A model generated the notes under the pieces. The model was not told the origin of the DNA. It was given only the letters and a program-made list of their open reading frames with translations, and made no database searches. This document shows, in pieces, positions 6,436 to 17,983 of a stretch of 64,000 nucleotides of DNA. The position numbers and the translations under genes were made by a program. Source of the DNA: Pseudomonadota bacterium (lineage in GTDB: Bacteria; Pseudomonadota; Gammaproteobacteria; Burkholderiales; Burkholderiaceae_C); assembly GCA_040385105.1 (NCBI GenBank), contig JAZKHY010000031.1, positions 1 through 64,000 on the forward strand, in the 5' to 3' direction. Numbering within the stretch: position 1 is the first letter of the stretch; each line of letters starts with the position of its first letter.

Positions 6436-7779
6436 ATGCGTCCTGACCTGGATACCCTGCGTTTACGCCTGGCCGGCGGGCCCCAGCCCGCGCGGGCGCT
6501 GACGGATGCGCTCGGGCTCAGCCAACCCACGCTGTCGCGGCGGCTGGCCGGCCTGGGCAGTGCGGTGGTGCGCATCGGGGCAGCGCGATCCATTCAGTAC
6601 GCGTTGCGCGATACGCTGCGGGGGCTGCCCGATATCGCGGTTTACCGCGTGGACGCCTCCGGCCAGCTGAGCCGGTTGGGCCTGCTGGTTCCGGTGCGGC
6701 CCGACGGCTTCGTGATGCACACCAGCGCGGGCGACACCCTCTACAGTCCCGGCCTGCCCTGGTGGCTGCTGGACATGCGGCCTCAGGGCTACCTGGGACG
6801 GGCCTATGTGGCGCGCCACGGCGCGGCGCTGGGCTTACCGGCGCGCCTGGGTGACTGGTCCGACACTGACGCCCTGCGCGCATTGCTGGTCCACGGGCAC
6901 GATCCCGTGGGCAACCTGGTGCTGGGCGATGGGGCGCGCGACCAGTTCATTGCCACCCCCGTGGCTGAACCAGTGGCTCCCGGTGACAAGCCCGCCACTT
7001 ACATGCGCCTGGCCCGCGAGGCCGCGCAAGGCGAGGCGCCCGGCTCCTCCGCTGGTGGCGAGCAACCCAAATTCACCGCTTGGTCCGTCACGGCCGATGG
7101 CCCGCGCCACGTGCTCGTGAAGTTCAGTGAGGCCGAACCCGGTCCCGTGCCACAGCGTTGGCGCGACTTGCTGCTGGCCGAGCACATCGCACTGCAGACG
7201 CTGGCCGAAGGCGGCGTGCCCGCCGCCCGCACCGCCTTGCTGGACGCAGGTGGCCAGCGCTTTCTGGAAGTAGTGCGATTTGACCGTACGGGGCCGCTTG
7301 GCCGCCGCGGCATCGTGTCGCTGGCAGCCATGGATGCCGAGTTCGTCGGCGCAGGCCCCGTGCCCTGGCCCGTGGTGGTGCAGCGCCTGGCAGACGCCGG
7401 CCACGTGCAGGCCGAGGCGGTGCAGGGCGCCGCGCTGCTGTGGGCTTTTGGCGCGCTGATCGGCAACACCGACATGCATGCGGGCAACCTGTCGTTTGTG
7501 ACGGAGCAGGGCCGCCCCTGGGGGCTGGCGCCGGCTTACGACATGTCATCCATGGCGTTCGCGCCACGCTCAGGCGGCAGCCTGCCCGATGCATTGGGCG
7601 CGGCCAGCTTGCACCCCGCCATCCCTCACGACATCTGGCGGCAGGCCGCCGCGCTGGCCGGTGGCTTCCTGGTACGGGCTCGGGACGAGCGCGGCTTCAG
7701 CCGGCGCTTTGCGTCATGCCTGGCCGCGTTGGCGCAGCACCAGCAGGCCGCTCGCGAGGGGATTGCGAGGCTTGGCTAG
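6436..7779 (+). CDS. HipA-like serine/threonine kinase toxin homolog with an N-terminal HTH (YjjJ/HipH-like)
   Basis: 447 aa. N-terminal HTH (LTDALGLSQPTLSRRLAGLG) and a HipA C-terminal kinase core (GEQPKFT ... IGNTDMHAGNLSF). Confidence 0.75.
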   Translation: MRPDLDTLRLRLAGGPQPARALTDALGLSQPTLSRRLAGLGSAVVRIGAARSIQYALRDTLRGLPDIAVYRVDASGQLSRLGLLVPVRPDGFVMHTSAGDTLYSPGLPWWLLDMRPQGYLGRAYVARHGAALGLPARLGDWSDTDALRALLVHGHDPVGNLVLGDGARDQFIATPVAEPVAPGDKPATYMRLAREAAQGEAPGSSAGGEQPKFTAWSVTADGPRHVLVKFSEAEPGPVPQRWRDLLLAEHIALQTLAEGGVPAARTALLDAGGQRFLEVVRFDRTGPLGRRGIVSLAAMDAEFVGAGPVPWPVVVQRLADAGHVQAEAVQGAALLWAFGALIGNTDMHAGNLSFVTEQGRPWGLAPAYDMSSMAFAPRSGGSLPDALGAASLHPAIPHDIWRQAAALAGGFLVRARDERGFSRRFASCLAALAQHQQAAREGIARLG

Positions 7780-7790
7780 CTGAGGTGGCT

Positions 7791-8168
7791 TCACCACTGC
7801 CCCGTCTCCACCCGTATCGCCACTTCACAGTCGTCAAAGATCTCCAGCTTGGCGATCTTCACCCGTACCCCCAGCACGCCCGGCAATTGCATCAGCCTGT
7901 GCGCCAGCTTGCCGATCAGGCTCTCCAGCAGGTTGACGTGCTCTGCCGTGCATTCGTCAATGATGATCTGCCGCACCTTGCGGTAGTCCAGCACATGGGT
8001 GATGTCGTCGTCGCGCGGCAGCAGGGGTTGCGGTCCGCGGTTGAGTTCGGCGTCCACCTGGATGGGCTGGGGCTTGCCGATCTCGTGGGCCAGGATGCCG
8101 AGGTTGGCGTCAAAGCGCAGGCCGGTCAGCGTGAGGATCTGGTCGCCTTGGGTGGGGGCAGCGGTCAT
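7791..8168 (-). CDS. folB: Dihydroneopterin aldolase FolB
   Basis: 125 aa with FolB-like sequence (LTLTGLRFDANLGILAHE...). Confidence 0.8.
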   Translation of the reverse strand: MTAAPTQGDQILTLTGLRFDANLGILAHEIGKPQPIQVDAELNRGPQPLLPRDDDITHVLDYRKVRQIIIDECTAEHVNLLESLIGKLAHRLMQLPGVLGVRVKIAKLEIFDDCEVAIRVETGQW

Positions 8169-8177
8169 GGTGCTTCT

Positions 8178-8954
8178 TCAGGAGTTTTGCATCAGCGAGA
8201 AATCGCGCTCGAACTTCATCAGGTGCTGGCCGCCGTCCACCAGCAGCGTGGTGCCGGTGATGCCGTTGTTGTTCAGCGCGAACTTCACGGCTGATGTGAC
8301 ATCTTCAACGGTGGACGACCGGCCCAGCGGCGACAGCTTGTGCAGCGCAGCGAACTTCTCGTCGCTCAGCATGTGGCTGGTGAGGGTCAGGCCAGGGGCC
8401 ACACCCACCACGCGCACACGCGGCGCCAGCGCCAGGGCCAGCATGGTGTTGGCGGCTTCCAGCGCGGCTTTTGACAGGGTGTAGCTGAAGAAGTCGGGGT
8501 TCTGGTTCCAGAGTTTCTGGTCCAGCAGGTTGACCACCACGCCGCTGCCATTGCGTGCGGCCACATGCGCATGCAGTGCCTGGGCCAGCAGGATGGCGGC
8601 GCCGGTGTTGCTGTGCAGGTGCTTGTCCATCGCGGCAAAGCCGAAGCTCGCGGCGCTGTCGTGCTCGAAAGTGGAGGCGTTGTTGATGACGGCATCGACC
8701 TTGCCCAGTTCGGAGGCGATGCGCGGCAGCAGGCCACGAACGGCGGCTTCGTCGGCCAGGTCAGCCTGAAAGGCCGCAGCGCCGGCGCAAAGCGCACGGC
8801 AGTCCGCCACAGTCTGCGCGGCTTCCGCCTGCGAATGCAGGTAGTGCACCGCCACGCGCCAGCCGGCTGCGGCCAGGGCCAGCGCAATCTCCCGGCCCAG
8901 CCGTTTGGCAGAGCCGGTGACGAGCACCGTGCGGGGGCGGGAGGCTTCGGGCAT
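8178..8954 (-). CDS. SDR-family oxidoreductase (possibly a FolM-like pteridine reductase, given the folB neighbour)
   Basis: TVLVTGSAKRLGREIA Rossmann motif and YTLSKAAL catalytic motif. 10 nt upstream of folB. Confidence 0.7.
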   Translation of the reverse strand: MPEASRPRTVLVTGSAKRLGREIALALAAAGWRVAVHYLHSQAEAAQTVADCRALCAGAAAFQADLADEAAVRGLLPRIASELGKVDAVINNASTFEHDSAASFGFAAMDKHLHSNTGAAILLAQALHAHVAARNGSGVVVNLLDQKLWNQNPDFFSYTLSKAALEAANTMLALALAPRVRVVGVAPGLTLTSHMLSDEKFAALHKLSPLGRSSTVEDVTSAVKFALNNNGITGTTLLVDGGQHLMKFERDFSLMQNS

Positions 8955-8968
8955 TCGGGGACAATCAG

Positions 8969-10078
8969 GTGATGACGACAACGGCTAGTTTAACGACGCA
9001 GCTCCAGAGCCTGATTGCGCGCGAAATCGCCGCCGCCGGTGGCTGGATGCCATTTGACCGCTTCATGGCCCTGGCCCTTTACACGCCGGGCCTCGGCTAC
9101 TACGCCAACGACTTGCGCAAGTTCGGCACTATGCCCTCGTCGGGCAGCGACTTTGTGACTGCGCCTGAAATGACGCCGCTGTTTGGCCAGACCCTGGCCG
9201 TACAGGTGGGTGAGGCGCTGGCTGCGACGCAGACGGATGAAGTCTGGGAGTTCGGGGCGGGCTCCGGCGCGCTGGCGCTGCAGCTGCTTGATGCGCTGGG
9301 CAGTACGGTGCGGCAGTACACCATCGTGGACCTGTCGGGCACCTTGCGCGAGCGCCAGCAGGCCACGCTGGCAGGGTATGCCGGCAAGGTGCGCTGGCTT
9401 GGCGAGCTGCCCGGTGTCATGCGGGGCGTCATCGTCGGCAACGAGGTGCTCGATGCCATGCCGGTCAAGCTGCTGGCGCGCGTCGCGGGCCAATGGCATG
9501 AACGAGGCGTGGCGCTGGACGGTGCGGCAACGGCGGGCGACCGGCTGGCCTGGGCCGACCGTGCGACGACCCTGCGCCCGCCGCTTGAACCTGAAGGCGC
9601 GCATGACTACCTGACTGAAATCCACCCCCAGGCCGAAGCCTTCATTCGCACGCTGGCCGACAGGCTGGAGCGCGGCGCGGCGCTCTTCCCGGACTACGGG
9701 TTTCCCGAGGCCGAGTACTACCACCCGCAGCGGCACATGGGCACGCTGATGTGCCACCGCGGGCACCTGGCGGACGGCAACCCGCTGGCGGATGTGGGCC
9801 TGAAGGACATCACCGCGCACGTCAACTTCACCGGCATTGCGCTGGCTGCCCAGGAGGCTGGTCTGGAGGTCGCGGGCTACACAAGCCAGGCGCGCTTTCT
9901 CATCAACTGCGGCCTGGTGCAGCGGCTGGAGGGCGCGCCGCCCGCCGTGCTTGCCCCCGCGCAGCGGCTGGTCAACGAGCATGAGATGGGCGAACTGTTC
10001 AAGGTGCTGGCCCTGACCCGCAACGCCTCCGGGGCATTGACGGGCTTCAGCCATGGCGACCGCACACACACCCTATGA
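8969..10078 (+). CDS. Class I SAM-dependent methyltransferase, MidA/NDUFAF7 (DUF185) family
   Basis: 369 aa with EFGAGSGALALQLLD SAM-binding motif and DUF185-like architecture. Confidence 0.7.
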   Translation: MMTTTASLTTQLQSLIAREIAAAGGWMPFDRFMALALYTPGLGYYANDLRKFGTMPSSGSDFVTAPEMTPLFGQTLAVQVGEALAATQTDEVWEFGAGSGALALQLLDALGSTVRQYTIVDLSGTLRERQQATLAGYAGKVRWLGELPGVMRGVIVGNEVLDAMPVKLLARVAGQWHERGVALDGAATAGDRLAWADRATTLRPPLEPEGAHDYLTEIHPQAEAFIRTLADRLERGAALFPDYGFPEAEYYHPQRHMGTLMCHRGHLADGNPLADVGLKDITAHVNFTGIALAAQEAGLEVAGYTSQARFLINCGLVQRLEGAPPAVLAPAQRLVNEHEMGELFKVLALTRNASGALTGFSHGDRTHTL

Positions 10079-10085
10079 TGTCCCG

Positions 10086-10280
10086 ATGATTCGCTGGTTC
10101 ATTGTCATCTTCCTGGCCCTGATGTTCATCAGCTGGTTCACGCCGCTGCTGCAGAAGCTCGGCTTTGGCAAGCTGCCGGGCGACCTGCGCTTCAGGCTGT
10201 TCGGCCGTGAGTGGTTCATTCCGCTGACCACCACCATCCTGCTGAGCTTCATCGCCAGCATCATCGCGCAGCTGGTCTAG
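10086..10280 (+). CDS. Small membrane protein (DUF2905-like)
   Basis: MIRWFIVIFLALMFISWFTPLLQKLGFGKLPGD...; two predicted TM helices. Confidence 0.5.
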   Translation: MIRWFIVIFLALMFISWFTPLLQKLGFGKLPGDLRFRLFGREWFIPLTTTILLSFIASIIAQLV

Positions 10281-10290
10281 GGCCTGGCGG

Positions 10291-11217
10291 ATGAAAGCCT
10301 GTGTGGACATCGGCGGTACCAAGGTGGCGGTCAGCCTTTCCACCGGGGAGGGCATGGAACTCCAGGCGCGCGTGACGGAGCCCACCGCCAAGGCCGGCAG
10401 CAACGATGCGGTGGCGCAGCAGATACTGCGCATGATCGGGCAGTCCTGCGCACAGGCCGGCATTCCCGAGGCGGCTATCAGTGCGGTAGGCGTTTCGTCC
10501 TGCGGGCCCTTCGTCATGAACGCCGGCATGGTGGAGCTGGCCGCACCCAACATCTGCGGCGGCATGGCAGGCCCCGGGCGCGGCCTGCCCAACACCTGGC
10601 AGACCGCGCTGCTCGAAGCACCGCTTCGCGCGCGCCACAGCCATGTGCGGGTGGAGAACGACTGCGTCGCCGCGCTCGTGGCCGAGCGCCGCTGGGGCGC
10701 GCTGCAGGGCCTGGACCATTGCGCCTATGTGACCTGGAGCACCGGTATCGGCATGGGGGTCTGCGTGGACGGGCATGTGCTGCGCGGCAAAAACGGCAAT
10801 GCAGGCCACGGCGGCCACATGTTCGTGAGCGACGACGCCAGCGGCGCGCTGTGTGGCTGCGGCAATGTCGGCGATGTGGAGGCGCTGGTGGCGGGCAATG
10901 CCCTGGCACGGCGCTTCGGCAGCGACGCGGCGGCGCTGATGGCCGCCGCCGATGCGGGGGATGCAGAGGCCGGCGCGGTTGTCGATGAGCTGTGCCGCGT
11001 CCTGGGCCGTGCGCTGTACAACCTTGTTGTCACGCTGGACCTGCAGCGGGTGAGCCTGGGCGGCAGCGTGTTCTGGCACCACCGCGGCAGGCTGTTGCCA
11101 CGCTTGCAGGCACAGCTGGACGGCAGGCTTGCCGCGCTGACCACAGGCGTGGCGCTGGTGCCGGCCGGGCTGGGCATGCAGGTGGGCGACTATGCGGCAC
11201 TTGCACTGGTGGCCTGA
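10291..11217 (+). CDS. ROK-family sugar kinase/regulator-like protein
   Basis: DIGGTK N-terminus and CGCGNVGDVE zinc motif. Confidence 0.75.
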   Translation: MKACVDIGGTKVAVSLSTGEGMELQARVTEPTAKAGSNDAVAQQILRMIGQSCAQAGIPEAAISAVGVSSCGPFVMNAGMVELAAPNICGGMAGPGRGLPNTWQTALLEAPLRARHSHVRVENDCVAALVAERRWGALQGLDHCAYVTWSTGIGMGVCVDGHVLRGKNGNAGHGGHMFVSDDASGALCGCGNVGDVEALVAGNALARRFGSDAAALMAAADAGDAEAGAVVDELCRVLGRALYNLVVTLDLQRVSLGGSVFWHHRGRLLPRLQAQLDGRLAALTTGVALVPAGLGMQVGDYAALALVA

Positions 11218-11268
11218 TCCGGTGCGATGCATGCGTAAGCTTTTGGGCGGCTGGCCGACAATCAAGAC

Positions 11269-11713
11269 ATGAAGAAGCTCCTCCTGGCCGCAACCCACGC
11301 GCTGGCACTGGCCATCGGCTTCGGGCTGGGCATTTATACCCTGCCCATCCTTGTGGCGCCCGAGGGACCCACGGGCGCTGAGCTGGCCGCCCACGCCGGC
11401 ATGGCCACCTGGAAGGGCGAGTTCCGGCGCAACCTGAAGGGCAGCGACGCCTTGCACTGGGGTGAAGGGGCGGTCTCCGTCGGCCCCCGGAGCATCACCC
11501 TGGCCGGCAAGCTGGCGCCGGGCCCCAACTACAAGCTGTACCTGTCGCCGGAGTTTGTCGAGACCGAGCCCGATTTCAGGCGCGTCAAACCGCAGATGGT
11601 GCAGGTAGGGGACGTGAAGACATTTGACAACTTCATGGTGCCGCTGCCTGCATCCGTGGACCCGGCGCGCTACACCACGGTCATCATCTGGTGCGAAACC
11701 TTCGAACAGTTCA

Positions 11714-11736
<23 letters not shown>
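11269..11736 (+). CDS. DM13-domain protein with an N-terminal signal/TM segment
   Basis: 155 aa with a hydrophobic N-terminus; the DM13 domain assignment is from recall of the family fold. Confidence 0.5.
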
Positions 11737-13143
<1,407 letters not shown>

Positions 13144-13147
<4 letters not shown>

Positions 13148-14973
13148 ATGACGGTATCCCAGGGAGCGGACAGGCGCATCGCGGCATTGATGATGCCGAC
13201 CATGGAATAGGTCTGCGGGAAGTTGCCCCACATCTCGCCGGTCACGGGGTGAGTGTCTTCCGACAGCAGGCCCAGGTGGTTGCGGGCCGCCAGCATGGTC
13301 TCGAAGATGGCGCGCGCTTCATCCTTGCGGCCGATGCGGGCCAGGGCGTCGATGCGCCAGAAGGTGCAGATGTTGAAGGCGGTCTCGGGCTTGCCGAAGT
13401 CGTCGGGCGCTTCATAGCGGCGCATGTAGGGGCCGTCGCACAGATGTTTCTCCAGCGCATCCACCGTGGCGACGAAGCGCGGGTCCTTCGGGTCGATGAA
13501 GTTCACCTCGGCCATCAGCAGCACGCTCGCATCCAGGTCGCGCCCGCCGAAGCTCTCGGCGAAGGCCTGCCGTTCCTCGCTCCAGGACTCGGCGAGGATG
13601 CGCTCGCGCATGCGGTGCGCATGGGCCAGCCAGTAGTCCGCGCGCTGAGGCAGCTTGAGTGCGATGGCGATCTTGCCCAGGCGGTCGCAGGCGGCCCAGC
13701 TCATCAGGGCTGACGAGGTGTGGATGCGCGCACGCGTGCGCAGCTCCCACATGCCGGCATCGGGCTGGCCGAAAACGGCGACCGCCTGTTCGCCCACAGT
13801 TTCAAGCCGCGCGAACTCGGCATGCCCTGCGCGGTGCAGCAGCCGCTGGTCATGAAAGGCCTGGGCCGCGCCCAGGACGACGTTGCCGTACACATCGTGC
13901 TGGAAGTGCTCCTGCGCCTGGTTGCCCACGCGCACCGGGCCCATGCCGCGGTAGCCCGGCAGACCTTGCGCAAAGCCTTCCGGCAGTTCGCGCTCCAGGC
14001 CGATGCCGTACAGCGGCTGGATGTGCCCGCCGCGCGCCTGCACCACCACATCGGCCATCCAGCGCAGGTAGTCTTCCATGGTGCCGACTTCCGACAGGCT
14101 GTTGAGCGCCCGCACCACAAAGAACGCGTCGCGCAGCCAGCAGTAGCGGTAGTCCCAGTTGCGCTGGCTGCCCGGGGCTTCGGGGATGCTGGTGGTCATG
14201 GCAGCGACGATGGCGCCCGTGTCCTCGAACAGCGAGAGCTTGAGCGTGATGGCCGCGCGGATCACCGCCTCCTGCCACTGCAGCGGCAGCGCCAGGCGCT
14301 GGCTCCAGCCGCGCCAGTAGGCCAGCGTCTCCTGCTCGAAGTGCCGCGCCGTGTCGGCCATGCCTTCCTGCAGGCTCTCGTCGGGCCCGAGCAGGAAGTT
14401 CTGCTCGCGGGTGAGCACAAAGGGCTGGCGCGCCAGCAGGTGCGAGATGGATGCGTCGGTGTTCAGCCGCAGCGTCAGTGCGTCGCCGACATAGCGGATG
14501 TGGTTGCTGCCGCGCGTGATGCCGGGCTCGGCCCGGCCCCAGTCAAAGCGCAGGTTCACCGACACGCGGATGCGCGGCGCACCCGACAGCGGCCGCACGC
14601 GCCGCACCAGCGTCATCGGGTGGAAGTAGCGGCCGCGCTGCCAGAAGCGCGGCGCGAAGTCGGTGATCTCTATGCCCTGGCCGCGCTCGTCGAACAGCTG
14701 GGTGCGCAGCACCGCCGTGTTGTGGTCGTACCACTGCTTCGAGCTGGCAAAGTCCTCGATTTCAATGGCGAAGGCGCTGGCATCCTCGCGCGGGTCCAGC
14801 AGGGCATTGAACACCGGGTCGCCGTCAAAGCGTGGCAGGCAGCACCAGACGATGCGGCCGCGCTCGTCCACCAGCGCGCTGAAGGCACAGTTGCCAATGA
14901 CGCCCAGCTTGAGCGAGGCCTCCGCCGGGGCGCCGAAACCGGGATGGCGGGAGGCTGTGGCTGCCGCGCTCAT
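13144..14973 (-). CDS. Glycoside hydrolase family 15 protein (glucoamylase/trehalase-like), between otsB and otsA
   Basis: 609 aa GH15-like. Overlaps otsB and otsA at stop/start codons. Confidence 0.8.
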
Positions 14974-15713
14974 GCCGCCGCCCCCTGCTTCAGCGAGGCC
15001 GCCGTCTCCTCAAGCCAGCGCCTGAATTCGCCGGGGCTGGCGCAGCGGTGCCGTGCCTGGCTCGGCCCGTCACCCACCTTGAGGCCGTGGCCGCCAAGCT
15101 GCTGCACGGCGGCAAAGCCGTCTTCATCCGTCAGGTCGTCACCGGCGAACAGCGGAATGCGGCCTGCGAACGGCGCGGCCGCCATGAAGGCGGAAACCGC
15201 CTGGCCCTTGTTGATGCCCAGCGGCTTGACCTCGAACACCTGCTTGCCGCGCATCAGCTCGGTGCCGGGGCTGCGGCTCACGGCCTCAGTCAGGGTTTCC
15301 AGGCACAGCGACTCCAGCTCCGGCGCCTGGCGGTAGTGCAGGGCCACTGCAGCGTCCTTCCTTTCAACCAGCAGTTGCGGATGCAGCACCACCAGCCGCT
15401 GTGCGGCCCGACTGACCAGGAACAGGTCGGGCGGCGCGACGGCGGTCAACGTGCCGTCGGCGTGGCGCAGCGTCGCGCCGTGCGCGCCGGCGGCCGGAAG
15501 GACCAGCGGAGAAAGGAATGCGTCAAGGCCGGCGATCTCGCGGCCCGAAACGATGGCGAGCGCACCGCCCAGGAAGTCATGCAGCACGCCAAGCGTGGCG
15601 ACCAGGTGCGGGCCGACGGAGACGTCGTCCGGGCGCGGCGCGATGTCGACAAGGGTTCCGTCGAAGTCCAGGAACAGGGCGGAGCGGGAGGTAAGCGGAG
15701 GTAGCAGTTGCAT
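14970..15713 (-). CDS. otsB: Trehalose-phosphatase OtsB
   Basis: Start MQLLPPLTSRSALFLDFDGTL (HAD DxDGT motif). Confidence 0.85.
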   Translation of the reverse strand: MQLLPPLTSRSALFLDFDGTLVDIAPRPDDVSVGPHLVATLGVLHDFLGGALAIVSGREIAGLDAFLSPLVLPAAGAHGATLRHADGTLTAVAPPDLFLVSRAAQRLVVLHPQLLVERKDAAVALHYRQAPELESLCLETLTEAVSRSPGTELMRGKQVFEVKPLGINKGQAVSAFMAAAPFAGRIPLFAGDDLTDEDGFAAVQQLGGHGLKVGDGPSQARHRCASPGEFRRWLEETAASLKQGAAA

Positions 15714-15774
15714 CTTGGCAAAACCATACCACCGCATCGCGCGGCGCAACGTGCGCAAGCAGCGCTTTCAGCCG

Positions 15775-16998
15775 TCAAACCAGCTGTTCATGCACCGCAC
15801 GGACCCGTGCGGCGTGGATCATCTCGCCAACCTTCGAGCCGGAAACCCCTGCGGCTGCGGCCTCTTGTGCTACTGAGTTTGTAGCGACCGACTGCGCGGC
15901 GGCCAGGCATGTCAGAAGGCGCCGGCGTTGTGTGTAGGACTTGTCCTGCATGCCCAGCCGCCCGCGTGCATCGCACTCGCATGCCAGCAGGATCTGCTCA
16001 AAACGCTGCGGCTTGCGGAAGGCGTCACAGCGCTCCAGCAGCCGCACCACGGCCGCCGCGTTGAACTCTTCGCTGCGGTGGATGTTGCCGTGCTCGCGCG
16101 CGACGGCGTCGGCCAGTTCGCGGCACTCCACCGGCACACGCAGCCTTGTGCAGACGTCCTTGAGCAGCCTGGCGCTGCGCATCTCATGACCAATGTGTTT
16201 TGGCAGCACGTCCTGCGGCGTCGTGCCCTTGCCGAGGTCATGGCACAGGCAGGCAAAGCGCACCGGCAGGCCGGCCTCCAGCTGCGCGCTCATGTCCAGC
16301 ACCATCATCAGGTGGACGCCGGTGTCCACCTCCGGGTGGTAGTCGGCGCGCTGCGGCACGCCCCAGAGGCGGTCCACTTCGGGCAGCAGTTTCTGCAGCG
16401 CGCCGCATTCGCGCAGCACACCGAACATGCGCGAGGGCGTGTTCTCCATCAACCCGCGCGAGAGTTCCTGCCAGACGCGCTCGGCCACCAGGGCATCGAC
16501 TTCACCATCTGCCACCATGCCGCGCATCAGCGCCATGGTCCCGGGCGCCACGCTGAAGTCCGCAAATCGCGCGGCAAAGCGGGCCAGTCGCAGGATGCGC
16601 ACCGGGTCTTCGCGGAAGGCCTCGGACACGTGGCGCAGGACTTTGGCTTCAATGTCCCGGCGGCCGTTGTACGGGTCGATGAGTGTCCCGTCTTCAGCCT
16701 TTGCGATGGCGTTGATCGTCAGGTCACGCCGCGCCAGGTCCTGCTCCAGCGTGACATCGGGCGCGGTGTGCATCTCGAAGCCGTGGTAGCCGCGCGCGGT
16801 CTTGCGCTCGGTGCGTGCCAGTGCGTATTCCTCCCGGGTGTCCGGGTGCAGGAAAACCGGGAAGTCCTTGCCCACCGGCAGGTAGCCCTGGCCCGCCAGT
16901 TCATCCGGCGTCGCGCCGACGACCACCCAGTCGCGGTCCTGCACCGGCAAGCCGAGCAGGGCATCGCGGACGGCGCCACCGACCATGTAGATCTTCAT
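15775..16998 (-). CDS. cca: Multifunctional CCA tRNA nucleotidyltransferase with HD phosphohydrolase domain
   Basis: MKIYMVGGAVRDALLGLPVQDRDWVVVG N-terminal polymerase-beta motif and a C-terminal HD domain. Confidence 0.9.
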   Translation of the reverse strand: MKIYMVGGAVRDALLGLPVQDRDWVVVGATPDELAGQGYLPVGKDFPVFLHPDTREEYALARTERKTARGYHGFEMHTAPDVTLEQDLARRDLTINAIAKAEDGTLIDPYNGRRDIEAKVLRHVSEAFREDPVRILRLARFAARFADFSVAPGTMALMRGMVADGEVDALVAERVWQELSRGLMENTPSRMFGVLRECGALQKLLPEVDRLWGVPQRADYHPEVDTGVHLMMVLDMSAQLEAGLPVRFACLCHDLGKGTTPQDVLPKHIGHEMRSARLLKDVCTRLRVPVECRELADAVAREHGNIHRSEEFNAAAVVRLLERCDAFRKPQRFEQILLACECDARGRLGMQDKSYTQRRRLLTCLAAAQSVATNSVAQEAAAAGVSGSKVGEMIHAARVRAVHEQLV

Positions 16999-17071
16999 GC
17001 ACGGAGTTTAGACCGCCATCTGTCATACCGGGCTTGACCCGGTATCCATGCCGGCAAGCAGATGCGCTACT

Positions 17072-17983
17072 TCAACGCCCGGATGGATTGCGGGTCAAGC
17101 CCGCAATGACAGCCCTTGCTTGCGCCTCCACTCCTTCCGGCGCAGGCGGAAGCGGCAGCCGGCACTCTCCTACCTCCAGCCCCAGCGTTCGCAGCATCGC
17201 CTTGATTGACATCGGATAGACCGACTCCTCGGTGTTCACGAAGCCGAAGGAGTCCTGCAACTGTGCGTCGATCGCCCGTGCGCCCGCCACATCGCCGCGC
17301 AGGAAGGCGGCGATCATGGCTTGCGTCTGCACGCCGGTCCAGTGGGTTGTCGTGCCCACCACGCCGACGGCGCCGGCGGCCAGCAGGGGCAGGGTGAAGG
17401 CGTCGTCGCCCGAGTACAGCTCGAAGTGTTCACCCGCCTGCGCCACCAGGGCCGCAGCGGCGGGCGGGTCGCCGGTGGCGTCCTTGAAGGCGACGATGTT
17501 CCGTACTTCCGTGAAAAGCCGCAGCAGTACCTCCTGCGCCACACGGCGGCCGGTGCGCACCGGTACGTCATAGATCATCACCGGCAGTTTCGTCGCTGCG
17601 GCTGCGGCTCGGAAGTGCGCTTCGATGCCGGCCTGCGGTGGCCGGTTGTAGTAGGGCGCGACAACCAGCACGCCTGCGGCACCGAGGCCTTCAGCCTTGC
17701 GCGTGAGCATGACGGTGTGCGCCGTGTCATTGCTGCCGGTACCGGCCAGCACCGGGATCGTCACCGCCTCGCTGACGGCGCGGACCAGGTCGCAGCGCTC
17801 GTCATCCGTCAGGGTGGAGGCTTCCCCGGTGGTGGCGGAGACGACGAGCCCGTCGTTGCCATGGGCCTGCAGCCAGCGTGCGAGCCTGCGCGCTGCGTCC
17901 AGGTCGAGCGCGCCATCCTTGCCGAAGGGCGTGACCATGGCGCTCATGACCGCGCCCCAGCGGGTGGGGGCCTGCGCGCTCAT
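17072..17983 (-). CDS. Dihydrodipicolinate synthase family protein (DapA-like)
   Basis: Start MSAQAPTRWGAVMSAMVTPF...; DapA/NAL family motifs. Confidence 0.75.
   Translation of the reverse strand: MSAQAPTRWGAVMSAMVTPFGKDGALDLDAARRLARWLQAHGNDGLVVSATTGEASTLTDDERCDLVRAVSEAVTIPVLAGTGSNDTAHTVMLTRKAEGLGAAGVLVVAPYYNRPPQAGIEAHFRAAAAATKLPVMIYDVPVRTGRRVAQEVLLRLFTEVRNIVAFKDATGDPPAAAALVAQAGEHFELYSGDDAFTLPLLAAGAVGVVGTTTHWTGVQTQAMIAAFLRGDVAGARAIDAQLQDSFGFVNTEESVYPMSIKAMLRTLGLEVGECRLPLPPAPEGVEAQARAVIAGLTRNPSGR

Noticed and set aside
13720-15336. 538-aa plus-strand ORF across the GH15 and otsB region
   Set aside because: Antisense to two translationally coupled, well-supported genes. The amino-acid composition is typical of GC-driven artefact ORFs.
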